Origin: Candidatus Foliamicus sp.
GTDB lineage: Bacteria > Pseudomonadota > Gammaproteobacteria > Steroidobacterales > Foliamicaceae
Length of the DNA stretch: 64,000 nt
Reading direction: 5' to 3' (one strand)
Assembly (NCBI GenBank): GCA_965221325.1
Contig: OZ244880.1
The notes beneath the pieces are model-generated. The model was given only the letters and a program-made list of their open reading frames with translations, did no database searches and was not told the origin of the DNA. Below, piece by piece: positions 1-9,000 of the stretch. The position numbers and the translations under genes are program-made. Numbering within the stretch: the first letter of the stretch is position 1; each line of letters starts with the position of its first letter.

Positions 1-1
1 T

Positions 2-439
2 CTGGAGCAGACCCGGGAACGCACCGGCCAGATGTTCGGCGAAAGCGTGGTCGAACAGATTCCCGTTCAGATCCGGGTGGCGGAATCGTACGAGGAGCTA
101 CGGGTTGCGGACCTGATCATCGACAACCTGATGGAGTTCCTGCACGAAGCCGGCAGCGCGGGCAAGACGATCAGAGGCATTGACCGTTTGCGCATCCGCC
201 GTGAGCCAGCCATGGCGGCCAAGCTTTGCCTGAGTTCCATAACGCGGCTCGCCAACATGATGGGGGTTACCGCGCAAACCGGGCACAATCCCGTGCAGCG
301 CCACTTCCGCGACATGCGCACGATTTCGACGCACGGCGGAGTGCATTGGGACAATGGCCTGACGCCCACCGGCAAGCTGCTCCTCGGCCTCCCCACCGGC
401 GACCCGCAAACCGATGTGGACCTGGAAAAAGGCCAGTAG
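2..439 (+). CDS. acyl-CoA dehydrogenase-fold flavin-dependent oxidoreductase/monooxygenase, C-terminal fragment (5' end outside window)
   Basis: Frame is open from the window edge (LEQTRERTGQMFG...), stop TAG 437-439. Tail with NPVQRHFRDMRTISTHGG resembles the C-terminal helical domain of ACAD-fold flavin monooxygenases. Family-level call only. Confidence 0.55.
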   Translation: MEQTRERTGQMFGESVVEQIPVQIRVAESYEELRVADLIIDNLMEFLHEAGSAGKTIRGIDRLRIRREPAMAAKLCLSSITRLANMMGVTAQTGHNPVQRHFRDMRTISTHGGVHWDNGLTPTGKLLLGLPTGDPQTDVDLEKGQ

Positions 440-569
440 CCCACCTGCGGCTCCAGGCGGCGCCGTAACGCAGCGCCAGACGTGCCGCATCGCGCGCTGA
501 GGACCAACGCGGCGAGGCTATCTCGCCCCTTGTGAGGGTGGCCTGCCCCGACTCCCTGGCGCTGTACGC

Positions 570-1895
570 GTGAACATGAATTCCGGCCGTCCGTCCCCGC
601 TCGTGGCCTGGTACGCCGTGGGCGTGCTGATGATCGCGTTCATCTTCTCGTTTCTGGACCGCCTCATACTGTCGCTGCTGGTGCCGCCGATCATGCGCGA
701 CCTGGAAGTTTCCAATTTCGCCATCGGGCTGTTGGGAGGACTCTACTTCGCGATCTTTTATGCGCTGATGGGCCTGCCGATAGGCCGGCTGGCCGACCGC
801 AGCAGCCGCAAGCTGATCGTGAGCGCCGGAATTTTTCTCTGGAGCGCAATGACCGTGGCCTGCGGTCTGGCCCGCAACTTCTGGCACCTGGCGCTGGCCC
901 GAGTGGGCGTGGGCGTGGGCGAAGCCACCTTGTCGCCCTGCGCCTACTCGCTCATCAGCGACTACTTCCCCAGGGAACGTCTCGGCACGGCGCTGGGCGT
1001 GTTCCAGTGCGCCGCGTTTATCGGCGCGGGGGTCGCGTTTCTGGTCGGTGCGCAGGTAATCGAACTGGTCGCCGCCATTCCGTTCGAACGCCTGCCCCCG
1101 GGATTGGCCGCCTTCCTGACTCAGTTCAGGCCATGGCAACTGGCGTTCATGATCGTGGGCCTGCCCGGTGTGCTGGTGGCGTTGCTGGCGCTGACCATAC
1201 GCGAACCGGTCCGGCAGGGCCTGATGCAGGGCGTGGATCAGAAGATACCCTGGCCGGAAGTTGCGCGGTTTTTTTCGGAGCGCTGGCGCATGTTCCTGGC
1301 CCACTTTTTCGGGTTTGCCATTCTGGCCGCGCCGATCGCCAATATCCTGCTGTGGGGCCCGACGCACATGATTCGCAACTTGGGCTACAGCGCTTCCGAG
1401 GCAGGCCGGCTGATGGGCTGGATTCTCTTGCTTTGCTCGCCGGCCGCAGTGCTTGCCGGCGGTTGGTTTACCGATTTCCTGCGCCGCAGGGGGCGCGTGG
1501 ACGCGCCGTTTCTGGTAGGTATTGTGGCGGCCGCGGCGCTCACTCCACTGTGCTTGATCACGACGCAGCTCGAGAGTGGTTTCTGGACGCTGGCTCTAAT
1601 GGTTCCCTACGCATTTTTCGGCTGCTTCGCCGTGGCCAGCGGCCCGGCGGCGCTGCAGTTGGTCGCGCCGAACCAGTTGCGGGCCACGGTATCGGCGGTC
1701 TGGATGCTTGCTCTGAACATACTGTCCGCCGCGGCTGGACCCACAGCGGTGGGCCTGGTGATAGACGGTGTGTTCGGATACGACGAAGCAGTGGGGCGCT
1801 CGATCGCACTGGTCGGTGCTCTGGCAGCACCGGTGGCGGGCATCTTCCTGCTCTACGGCCTCAAGCATTTCCGCAACGCGGCGCAGGGGGAATAG
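570..1895 (+). CDS. MFS transporter
   Basis: 441-aa ORF, hydrophobic throughout with about 12 helix-length segments. MFS loop motif GRLADRSSRK follows the second helix. Start is GTG 570 or ATG 576. Confidence 0.85.
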   Translation: MNMNSGRPSPLVAWYAVGVLMIAFIFSFLDRLILSLLVPPIMRDLEVSNFAIGLLGGLYFAIFYALMGLPIGRLADRSSRKLIVSAGIFLWSAMTVACGLARNFWHLALARVGVGVGEATLSPCAYSLISDYFPRERLGTALGVFQCAAFIGAGVAFLVGAQVIELVAAIPFERLPPGLAAFLTQFRPWQLAFMIVGLPGVLVALLALTIREPVRQGLMQGVDQKIPWPEVARFFSERWRMFLAHFFGFAILAAPIANILLWGPTHMIRNLGYSASEAGRLMGWILLLCSPAAVLAGGWFTDFLRRRGRVDAPFLVGIVAAAALTPLCLITTQLESGFWTLALMVPYAFFGCFAVASGPAALQLVAPNQLRATVSAVWMLALNILSAAAGPTAVGLVIDGVFGYDEAVGRSIALVGALAAPVAGIFLLYGLKHFRNAAQGE

Positions 1896-1919
1896 CACGG
1901 CCAGCGCGCCGATGTCGGA

Positions 1920-3176
1920 TCAGAGGGAATAGCAGTCCACGGGCGCGCCCGCTTCGTAACGACCTCCCTCCACGCACAGCCAGCAATCCGCGGCCGCCAG
2001 TGCACTGGCCTGCGCGGGGCGCTGAGGCTGTACAAGCGTGACCTCGCCGGAGCGTCCCGTGCGCCGAGCCAGCAGGAAGTGCGTGTGGCCGGCGCGCAAT
2101 TCGCAAGGAGCGGCAAGGGTGGCTTGGCGCGGTTCCTCCGCGCGCATTCCCATGCAGGCACGCATGCCGGGCCAGGCCAGGAAGCGCATCCCGGCGGCGG
2201 TAGCCAGGGGATTGCCGGGCAGCCCGAAAACCGGAACTTGGCCATCAAGCAGCGCCAACAGGGCCGGCTTGCCGGGGCGCATGGCAACACCATGAAACAC
2301 GACATTGGCGTCAAGACATTGCAGCGCTTGACGAAGAACATCGCGCTTCCCGACCGATGCGGAGCCGCTGGAAACCAGTGCCCGGGCGCCGGAATCCAGC
2401 GCGTCTCGAAATGCCTGCGCCAGTTTTGCGGGATCATCGGCCACGTGGCGGGTCAGCGTGACAGGCAGTCTCCGCTCGGCGCACCAGGCGGCAAGCCAGG
2501 CAGCGTTGACATTGGGGATTTCGCCACTAGCCAGAGGCGCGCCGGGAGGGCGCACCTCGCCTCCGGTGGTAAACAGGGCCAACGACGCCGGCATGCGGAC
2601 ATGCAAGGCGTCCACTCCAGCCGCCGACAGCAGGGCCATGTGGCCGGCGTGAAGGCGTTGGCCAACAAAGTCAAACGTCGCGCCGGAAGCATATTCTTCG
2701 CCCATACGCCGCAGGTTGCGTCCTGCTTCCACCGGTTGCCGCAAGCGCAACAGCCTCGCGCTGTCGCGATCGATTACGTCGGCTTGCTCCAAGGGCAGCA
2801 CTGCGTCCAGCGGCGGCGGTGTATGCGCGCCCGTCGCCACCCGCAGTGCGCAGCGCGCTTCCGGCGGTGGCGCTTCTGCATAAGCTCCCGCCTTGAGTTC
2901 GCCCGCAATCGCAAGCGTCACTGGCGATTGCAGCGTGGCACCTTCCGTATCGTGCGAACACAGCGCGTAGCCGTCCATCGCAGCGTTGTTGAAGGCCGGC
3001 GAAGCCAGCGTGCCGATAACGGGCCGGGACGCCACAGCACCCAAGGCCTGCGCGACCGGAATCCGTTCCTCCGGTCCCGGCTTGCAGGCATCGGCAATGG
3101 CGGAGCGCGCGTCGCTGTAGGGCAGGCGCTTCACTAAGCGGCCCGTACTTGCTCGGGCGCAGTAATACAAGCCCAT
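1920..3176 (-). CDS. moeA: molybdopterin molybdotransferase MoeA
   Basis: Motifs NAAMDGYAL, SSGSASVGKRD and GLPGNPLA are typical of MoeA. The longest ORF begins at TTG 3215; ATG 3176 or GTG 3134 fit normal MoeA length better, so the start is uncertain. Confidence 0.85.
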   Translation of the reverse strand: MGLYYCARASTGRLVKRLPYSDARSAIADACKPGPEERIPVAQALGAVASRPVIGTLASPAFNNAAMDGYALCSHDTEGATLQSPVTLAIAGELKAGAYAEAPPPEARCALRVATGAHTPPPLDAVLPLEQADVIDRDSARLLRLRQPVEAGRNLRRMGEEYASGATFDFVGQRLHAGHMALLSAAGVDALHVRMPASLALFTTGGEVRPPGAPLASGEIPNVNAAWLAAWCAERRLPVTLTRHVADDPAKLAQAFRDALDSGARALVSSGSASVGKRDVLRQALQCLDANVVFHGVAMRPGKPALLALLDGQVPVFGLPGNPLATAAGMRFLAWPGMRACMGMRAEEPRQATLAAPCELRAGHTHFLLARRTGRSGEVTLVQPQRPAQASALAAADCWLCVEGGRYEAGAPVDCYSL

Positions 3177-3250
3177 GCCCGGACGGCTCGACCGATTCCA
3201 AGCCTGCGCTCGCAAGAAAACTGCGCAATGCGCCTAAAATACGCGCCGCT

Positions 3251-3628
3251 GTGAGTTACCCCTTCGCTCTGTGGGTGCATCTCCTCGCGGCGGCCGCAAG
3301 CCTGAGCGGTTTCGTGCTGCGCGGCGTGTGGATGTGGCGCCGTTCGCCCTTGCTGCGTCATCGCGTCACGCGTGTAGCACCGCATATTAACGACACGATT
3401 CTGTTCGGCAGCGCGCTCTGGCTGGCCGTCAACCTGGGATTGTGGCCCTTGCCTGTGTGGCTGATCTGCAAGCTCGCCGCCGTTACGCTCTACATCGTGA
3501 GCGGAGCCCTGGGCTTGCACTATGCCGCCACCACGGGCCAGAGAAAGCTGTTCTTCTGCCTGGCGCTGGCTCTGTTTTCTTACGTGGTGGCGGTTGCCTA
3601 TCTGAAGCATCCCCTGCTGCTTATCTGA
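3251..3628 (+). CDS. SirB2-family small membrane protein
   Basis: The track ORF starts at TTG 3149 and would overlap moeA. In-frame GTG 3251 gives about 125 aa with four hydrophobic helices and the pattern LSGFVLRG...APHINDTILF recalled from the SirB2 family. Start uncertain. Confidence 0.6.
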   Translation: MSYPFALWVHLLAAAASLSGFVLRGVWMWRRSPLLRHRVTRVAPHINDTILFGSALWLAVNLGLWPLPVWLICKLAAVTLYIVSGALGLHYAATTGQRKLFFCLALALFSYVVAVAYLKHPLLLI

Positions 3629-3676
3629 TCGGCCGGGGCTGCGACTAGGGCCGAGCGAATAATGATGGCTGGATCG

Positions 3677-3715
3677 TCGCGGGAGGGACGCGGCGTCTGC
3701 CGCTCCCTCCCGCGA
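3677..3715. terminator. GC-rich hairpin between convergent genes (bidirectional terminator candidate)
   Basis: tcgcgggaggga(c)gcgg ... ccgctccctcccgcga forms a 12-bp perfect stem plus 4 more bp across a 1-nt bulge. It lies between the sirB2-like stop and the TBDR stop. Confidence 0.5.
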
Positions 3716-3722
3716 GATTACT

Positions 3723-6185
3723 CTAGAACCTGTAGTTCAGCGTCACACCCACTTGGCGCCCACGCGGCAGCGTAACCGCGAATCCGCGCGGCGTGCTGGA
3801 CGGATTGCCCAATTCGCCGGTGACAGCGCCCGGGATGGTTGCGGGGCTGGGCAGTCCGCCGTCGCGCCGGTCGATGTAGCGCAGAATGTCGAGCGGGGTA
3901 TCGTCGTCGAACAGGTTCTTGGCCCACAGCGAGATTTCCAGCGCGTCGCGGTTGACGCCCAGGCGCAAGCCGACCCGCGTAATGGCGCCGGTTTCTATCA
4001 GGTTGTGTACCTGGCTGAACCGCGAGCCTTCATAGACCACGTCCCCCACCAGGAACCAGGAAAATCCCGAGGCCATCTGCGCGCCGTCGTAGCGGGCCAC
4101 CAGCGCGGCGGTATGCTCGGGTATCCGCGGCACTGTCTTGCCGGCCACGGAGCCCAAGCGGTCCAGGTCAAACAACGACCCGTTGGCGCCCAGCAAGTCG
4201 GCCTGGTCGGAGTTGATCCACTGGGTGATCTCCGCCTGGGTCCAGGAATACCCGACGTTAAGCGTAAGCGCGTCCGTCAGCAGGGTTTCGACCTCCACTT
4301 CCAGTCCGTTGATCTCGGTTTCGCCGACATTGTCGATCAGCGAGGCGCTGGTGCCGGTAGCGGTCTCGATGACGGTGGTGAACTGCTGGTCGGTGACTTC
4401 GGTACGGTAGGCGGCCACTGTAAGGGCCATGCGCCCGTCCAAGAGCCGGCTCTTGTAGCCCATTTCGTAGTTCCAGGCCTCTTCCTCCTCCACGGCGCGG
4501 AATGACTCATCGGGCTGTCCATCGGGGCCTATGGGCACCTGATCGTTGAACGTGCCCGGCTTGGAGCCTTTGGAGATGTTGAGGTAGAGATTCGCGTCCT
4601 CGTTCGGTCGGTAGCTCAGCGTAACGCGGGGATTGAACGAATCGAACTTGTCGCTGTTTTCGCTCGTGAGGTCGCTGGCGTCTCTGGCGTTATAGACTCG
4701 CACCGTCACGTCGTCCTGGGCCCAGCGCGCCTCCGCGGTGGCCGACCACTTCTCGTTGATGTCCCACTCGAGACCGCCGAACACCGCCGTGTTGGTGACG
4801 TCGTCAAGATCGAAAGTGGAGTTGGGCAACACCGTCCCGGCCACCAGGCCATAACCGAGCGATGCCGCAGATTCGGTGACAACTTTGGAGTCGAGCAGTT
4901 CGTGACTCTTGCCTTTGTAGTAATAGAGCCCTACTGTCGCCCGCAGCGATCTGTCGGACGGTGAGACCAAGCGCAGTTCCTGGGAAAAATCGGACTGATC
5001 GTAGCGCAACATGCGCTGGAAGTTTCCGCAGAAACCGATGATTACGCAGAAGGTTCGTCCCAGAGTGGGACGCAGGAACGGCGGAAGTCCCTGCACCCAG
5101 GCCACGCCAAAGTCATAGCCGCCGTAGCTTCCGTCAAGAAAGTTGTCGGCTTCGTCGTCGATATTGCCTGTGAGGCTGGACAGCCGCCAATCGTTGCCGA
5201 AATCGTAGTGCATGGTTAACGATGTCTGCAGGCGCTCCAGGCGATTGCCCGCGCCACCGGCGGCATCCAGTTCTTCGGTCAACAAGGCCACCGGAAGGTT
5301 GCGTTGCGCCTCACCCTGGTAGTACTCCCGAGCACGCGGACCGGTCACGCCGCTGATGTCGGGACTGCCGGAAGGCGCACCCCGGAAGCAGCAGTTGTTG
5401 AAGTCGCGGCCCTGCAGCGCGACGGCGAAGTGACCGTCATCCACTTCCTGGTAGGCGACCGCCAGGGTGGCCTCGAAATTCTCGCTGGGTGTGAAGATCA
5501 GCTTGGCCGCCACGTTCATGGTTTCCTCGTCGCCGACTTCCTCGCCGGTAACGGTATTGACGTGCTCGCCTCCGTATTGCGTGTAGCCCGCGGAAAGCCG
5601 GAAATACGCGCGGTCCGCAACCAGCGGTCCGCTGACCCAGGCATTGACGTTGTACGATTCGTGCTGCGCGCCACCGACGGAGATTTCGCCTGCCAGCTCT
5701 TCGGTGGGCCGGCGGGTGACGTAGTTGATGGCGCCGGCATAGGTGCCCCGGCCATACTGCGCGGACTGCGGACCCTTGATGATTTCCACGCGTTCGATAT
5801 TGGCCAGGTCAACCGAAGACACCAGTCCGCCTACGTAGACGCCATCTACGAAAGTGGACACCGCCTTAACGCCGGCAATGCCGTTAAGTATGGTGGTTTG
5901 ACCGCGCACTGCCGGGCGATCCAAGGCTGCATTGCGCCCGAAGCCGGAGTGAAACGAAAAGCCTGGGATGTAAAGGGCGAGGTCGTCCATGGACCCCAGT
6001 CCCAATTCTCGGATATCGTCGGAGGTAAACGCGCTTACTGCGATCGGAATGTCCTGCACGGACTCCTCGCGCTTACGGGCGGTTACGATAATTTCTTCCA
6101 ATGCGCCTACCTGGGCAGGCAGAGGGCGCGGCGCAACAATCACGCCCACGGCAAGCGCGCAAAACGCGGCGAATCTGAATCTCAT
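3723..6185 (-). CDS. TonB-dependent receptor
   Basis: Signal peptide MRFRFAAFCALAVGVIVA, plug start EEIIVTARKREESVQD, long barrel region, and C-terminal TLNYRF aromatic terminus. ATG 6185 is preceded by GAGAGGAAA; the track start at 6200 is TTG. Confidence 0.9.
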   Translation of the reverse strand: MRFRFAAFCALAVGVIVAPRPLPAQVGALEEIIVTARKREESVQDIPIAVSAFTSDDIRELGLGSMDDLALYIPGFSFHSGFGRNAALDRPAVRGQTTILNGIAGVKAVSTFVDGVYVGGLVSSVDLANIERVEIIKGPQSAQYGRGTYAGAINYVTRRPTEELAGEISVGGAQHESYNVNAWVSGPLVADRAYFRLSAGYTQYGGEHVNTVTGEEVGDEETMNVAAKLIFTPSENFEATLAVAYQEVDDGHFAVALQGRDFNNCCFRGAPSGSPDISGVTGPRAREYYQGEAQRNLPVALLTEELDAAGGAGNRLERLQTSLTMHYDFGNDWRLSSLTGNIDDEADNFLDGSYGGYDFGVAWVQGLPPFLRPTLGRTFCVIIGFCGNFQRMLRYDQSDFSQELRLVSPSDRSLRATVGLYYYKGKSHELLDSKVVTESAASLGYGLVAGTVLPNSTFDLDDVTNTAVFGGLEWDINEKWSATAEARWAQDDVTVRVYNARDASDLTSENSDKFDSFNPRVTLSYRPNEDANLYLNISKGSKPGTFNDQVPIGPDGQPDESFRAVEEEEAWNYEMGYKSRLLDGRMALTVAAYRTEVTDQQFTTVIETATGTSASLIDNVGETEINGLEVEVETLLTDALTLNVGYSWTQAEITQWINSDQADLLGANGSLFDLDRLGSVAGKTVPRIPEHTAALVARYDGAQMASGFSWFLVGDVVYEGSRFSQVHNLIETGAITRVGLRLGVNRDALEISLWAKNLFDDDTPLDILRYIDRRDGGLPSPATIPGAVTGELGNPSSTPRGFAVTLPRGRQVGVTLNYRF

Positions 6186-6238
6186 TAGATTTCCTCTCAA
6201 GCGGGGGATAACCAGCCACTAGGGCAGGCCGGCTCGGA

Positions 6239-6266
6239 ATTATGCAATATTTTGCAGCACCTTCAA
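6239..6266 (-). promoter_or_regulatory. candidate sigma70 promoter for the TBDR gene
   Basis: The minus strand reads TTGAAG-N16-CATAAT about 55 bp upstream of ATG 6185. Sequence match only. Confidence 0.3.
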
Positions 6267-6335
6267 ACTACCGCCAGCGGGCGCGAACGTGCCCAGGCGG
6301 CCAGGGAGATTCGCTTCCTTGCACGCTACGCGTCT

Positions 6336-7379
6336 TCAGCTCGGCGCCACACCCGGAATGCGAACAGTTATGCAGGCGCCGCTACCCGGCGGACTCGCTA
6401 CCTCGACACCGCCGCCGTGGGCCTCCGCGATCAGACGGCACAAGTAGAGCCCCAACCCGTGGCGCCCCGTGCCTGCTCCGCGCGACGGGTCGGCGCGGTA
6501 GAAGGCATGGGTGACCTGCTCAAGGTGTTGCGGCTCGATACCCGGCCCGTGGTCCTTGACCCGGATAATCGCCACGTTTTCCTCCATGGCGAGGCTTACT
6601 TCCACCGGCAGGGCATCCGCCGGGTTGTAGCGCAGAGCATTCTCCACCAGATTGCGCACCAGCATGCGCAGGCGCGGAGGGTTTACGCTCAAAACCGCAG
6701 GCGCCGGCGGCAGGGTCAGGGTCACGCGGTGGCGGTCATTGGGGAAATCGCCCCGCATCACATCCGCCATCAGCTTGCTGAGGTCCACGCGCGAGCGGGA
6801 CAATTCGCGACTGCGGGTATTGAGGCGCTCGCCTTCCAGCAGTTCGGCGATCATGCGTTCCATGTTGGAAAGGTCGTACTCCAGGTGCGCACGCACCTCC
6901 TTGTCGTGAATGAACTCCAGCGCCAGCCGCGCGCGCGTAAGCGGCGTACGCAGTTCGTGGCTCAATGACAGCAACAGTTCGCGCTGTCCGCCCAGCATGC
7001 GCTGGACTTCGTCTGCCAACTGGTTGATCCGTTGCGAAAGCCTCCCCAACTCGTCCTGCCGGCGAATCGGAATCCGATAGTCGAGCTGTCCTTCCCGGAT
7101 TCGCCGCGCCCCGATGCGGATGTCCTCCAGCGGATAGAACAGCCGCCGCACCGCCAGGTAGCAGCCGCCCACCACCGCCACGCAAACGCCATAGATGAAG
7201 ACGCGCATCATCACCGGATTGCGCTCGCGCGGAAAAATCTCCGTGCCGATGAAGGCACCCAATGACATCAAAAAGAGCGTGGCAAAAAATATCAGAATCA
7301 AGCGCACGGGCAGCGAGCGCCAGGCGGCAATCGGCCTGCGGGCAAGCCAGGCAAGCGCGCTTACGAAGCGGCCGCTCAT
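6336..7379 (-). CDS. two-component sensor histidine kinase
   Basis: Two N-terminal TM helices, a HAMP-like linker, H-box SHELRTPLT, and ATPase boxes RNLVENALRY, DHGPGI and GTGRHGLGL. Confidence 0.9.
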   Translation of the reverse strand: MSGRFVSALAWLARRPIAAWRSLPVRLILIFFATLFLMSLGAFIGTEIFPRERNPVMMRVFIYGVCVAVVGGCYLAVRRLFYPLEDIRIGARRIREGQLDYRIPIRRQDELGRLSQRINQLADEVQRMLGGQRELLLSLSHELRTPLTRARLALEFIHDKEVRAHLEYDLSNMERMIAELLEGERLNTRSRELSRSRVDLSKLMADVMRGDFPNDRHRVTLTLPPAPAVLSVNPPRLRMLVRNLVENALRYNPADALPVEVSLAMEENVAIIRVKDHGPGIEPQHLEQVTHAFYRADPSRGAGTGRHGLGLYLCRLIAEAHGGGVEVASPPGSGACITVRIPGVAPS

Positions 7380-8071
7380 GTCTCGTCCTGCGTCCTGAGA
7401 AACACGTAGCCAACCCCGCGTATGGTGCGAATGAAACGCGGATTGGAGGGGTCGTCATCCAGCTTCTGACGCAGCCGGCTGATATTGATGTCCACCGAGC
7501 GCGAAAAGATGTTCGGCTCGATGCCGCGCAGTTCCGCGAGTATTTCGTCGCGCGTGAACACCCGGCCTGGTTCGGCCGCCAGCAGTTGCAGGAGATTGAA
7601 CTCCATGGACGTGAGCTCGAGCGGCGCACCCTGCAGAAGCGCCTCGCGCCGATCGAAGTCGAGCCTGAGTGGGCCATGAACAGCCCCGCCGGACGGGGTG
7701 CCAGCACGCTGAACCCGGCGCAGGATGGTCTGGATGCGGGCCACAAGCTCGCGCGGCTCGAAGGGCTTGGCCACGTAGTCGTCGGCGCCCACCTCCAGTC
7801 CCACCACGCGGTCGGTAACATCGCCGCGGGCCGTGAGCATGATGATGGGCACGCTGCTGGACTTGCGTATTGCGCGGCATAGCTCGAAGCCATCGCGCCC
7901 GGGAAGCATCACGTCCAGTATCACGAGATCCGGCGAGAACGACGCCAGTTTGCGCATTCCCGCGTCTCCTTCAAGAGCCGATTCAAGCTCCAGGTCGAAT
8001 CGGCTGAAGTAGGCCCGCAGCAGCATTCCAAGCTTGGCGTCGTCGTCGATAAGCAGGATGCGCGCCGGCAT
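7376..8071 (-). CDS. OmpR/PhoB-family response regulator
   Basis: Receiver domain (LLIDDD, ILDVMLPGRDG, VAKPF) plus a winged-helix C-terminus (IRTIRGVGYVF). Its stop overlaps the kinase start (ATGA at 7376-7379). Confidence 0.9.
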   Translation of the reverse strand: MPARILLIDDDAKLGMLLRAYFSRFDLELESALEGDAGMRKLASFSPDLVILDVMLPGRDGFELCRAIRKSSSVPIIMLTARGDVTDRVVGLEVGADDYVAKPFEPRELVARIQTILRRVQRAGTPSGGAVHGPLRLDFDRREALLQGAPLELTSMEFNLLQLLAAEPGRVFTRDEILAELRGIEPNIFSRSVDINISRLRQKLDDDPSNPRFIRTIRGVGYVFLRTQDET

Positions 8072-8124
8072 GACGGATGAATTTTATGGCCGGATTCGCC
8101 GATCTGGGATCGATCGGCCGGCCC

Positions 8125-8149
8125 GTTACAAAATGTTACGAAACGTTAC
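8125..8149. promoter_or_regulatory. three GTTAC direct repeats at 10-bp spacing (candidate response-regulator binding site)
   Basis: cGTTACaaaatGTTACgaaacGTTACc, about 50 bp upstream of the response-regulator start (8071, minus) and about 75 bp upstream of small ORF 8226 (plus). Confidence 0.45.
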
Positions 8150-8225
8150 CTCGGAGAGAAGAAAAAAACGTCTGCGCCCGTATCTTTATCCCTGCATCAA
8201 GAAGCGATGCAAAGGAGCAAGACCC

Positions 8226-8342
8226 ATGACACTGATTTCGAAAGCTGGCGCCGGCAACTTGGGCGTCATCGGTGAGGCCGTTCTGTTCGCAGTGGCCTTT
8301 GTCGCCCCGCTGGCAGCCATGTCATCCATTTTAGGCATCTAG
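8226..8342 (+). CDS. candidate 38-aa hydrophobic small protein
   Basis: ATG 8226 is preceded by AAGGAG with an 8-nt spacer. Product MTLISKAGAGNLGVIGEAVLFAVAFVAPLAAMSSILGI has one helix-length hydrophobic stretch. A GC hairpin follows at 8424-8461. No homology claimed. Confidence 0.3.
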   Translation: MTLISKAGAGNLGVIGEAVLFAVAFVAPLAAMSSILGI

Positions 8343-8423
8343 CCGAATAATCCTAGCAGCGGCAACCTTGTTCCCGGTTCTCCCCTCCCGAGAGACCTCC
8401 CCCAAATCCCGGGAACAGGGTCT

Positions 8424-8461
8424 GGCCGCCCCCGGTATCTTTCCTCCCCCCGGGGGCGGCC
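8424..8461. terminator. GC-rich hairpin between convergent units
   Basis: ggccgcccccgg (8424-8435) pairs with ccgggggcggcc (8450-8461): a 12-bp perfect stem with a 14-nt loop, abutting the stop of the 8461-9000 gene. Confidence 0.45.
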
Positions 8462-9000
8462 TAGCCGCCCTTTCTCTTGAGCGCGCCGCCCATTTCCACA
8501 AGTAGCGGCGTTACGGCGGCATAAAACACACCCACCGCGATATAGAACGCCAGTGTGGCGTCCGATCCGGCGCCCAGAGTGATCCCACCGAAATAGGCAA
8601 AAGGAGCGCCTAAGGCGCCCAGCGCTGCCGCAAGCAGACGTCTTCCGCGCAGCCAGGCAAGGCCATCTATGCTCATCAACGAGAACGATCCCCACAGCGC
8701 AAGAATCCATGCCGGCGCGATAACAGGATGTGGCCAGCCCGGCGCGTAGAGTATCCACCCGGCTTTGTGAACAATGGTTTCCAGAATCAAGCCGAGCGCC
8801 AGTCCGGTTCCCAGCACCGCCAATTCGCAGTTGCGTGCGCGGGAAAAGGCAATCTGCACCACCGCAAACGCCAGCAGGGCCGCAAGACCCAGCCAGTAGG
8901 CGCCATTGGCAGCCCCCAAGACGGTGCTGAGCCAAACCACTTTGAAGCCCACCACACTGCGCAGGAGACCCGCGATCCGCCCCAACTGCAAAGCGGTCAT
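8461..9000 (-). CDS. small multi-pass membrane protein (DUF2878-like)
   Basis: 179 aa from ATG 9000, which forms an ATGA overlap with the stop of the upstream GNAT gene. Several hydrophobic helices. The DUF2878 assignment is from memory of the family pattern and is unverified. Confidence 0.6.
   Translation of the reverse strand: MTALQLGRIAGLLRSVVGFKVVWLSTVLGAANGAYWLGLAALLAFAVVQIAFSRARNCELAVLGTGLALGLILETIVHKAGWILYAPGWPHPVIAPAWILALWGSFSLMSIDGLAWLRGRRLLAAALGALGAPFAYFGGITLGAGSDATLAFYIAVGVFYAAVTPLLVEMGGALKRKGG

Noticed and set aside
6201-6335. Fur box or cobalamin riboswitch upstream of TBDR 3723-6185.
   Set aside because: The best Fur-like stretch (aattatgcaatattttgca) matches only about half of the 19-bp consensus. 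The leader is too short and lacks a B12-box on the coding strand.
8034-8342. 102-aa track ORF spanning the response-regulator start and the intergenic region.
   Set aside because: It overlaps the regulator start and the GTTAC repeats, and its upstream part has no coding features. Only the last 38 codons, which have their own SD, are kept as a low-confidence candidate.
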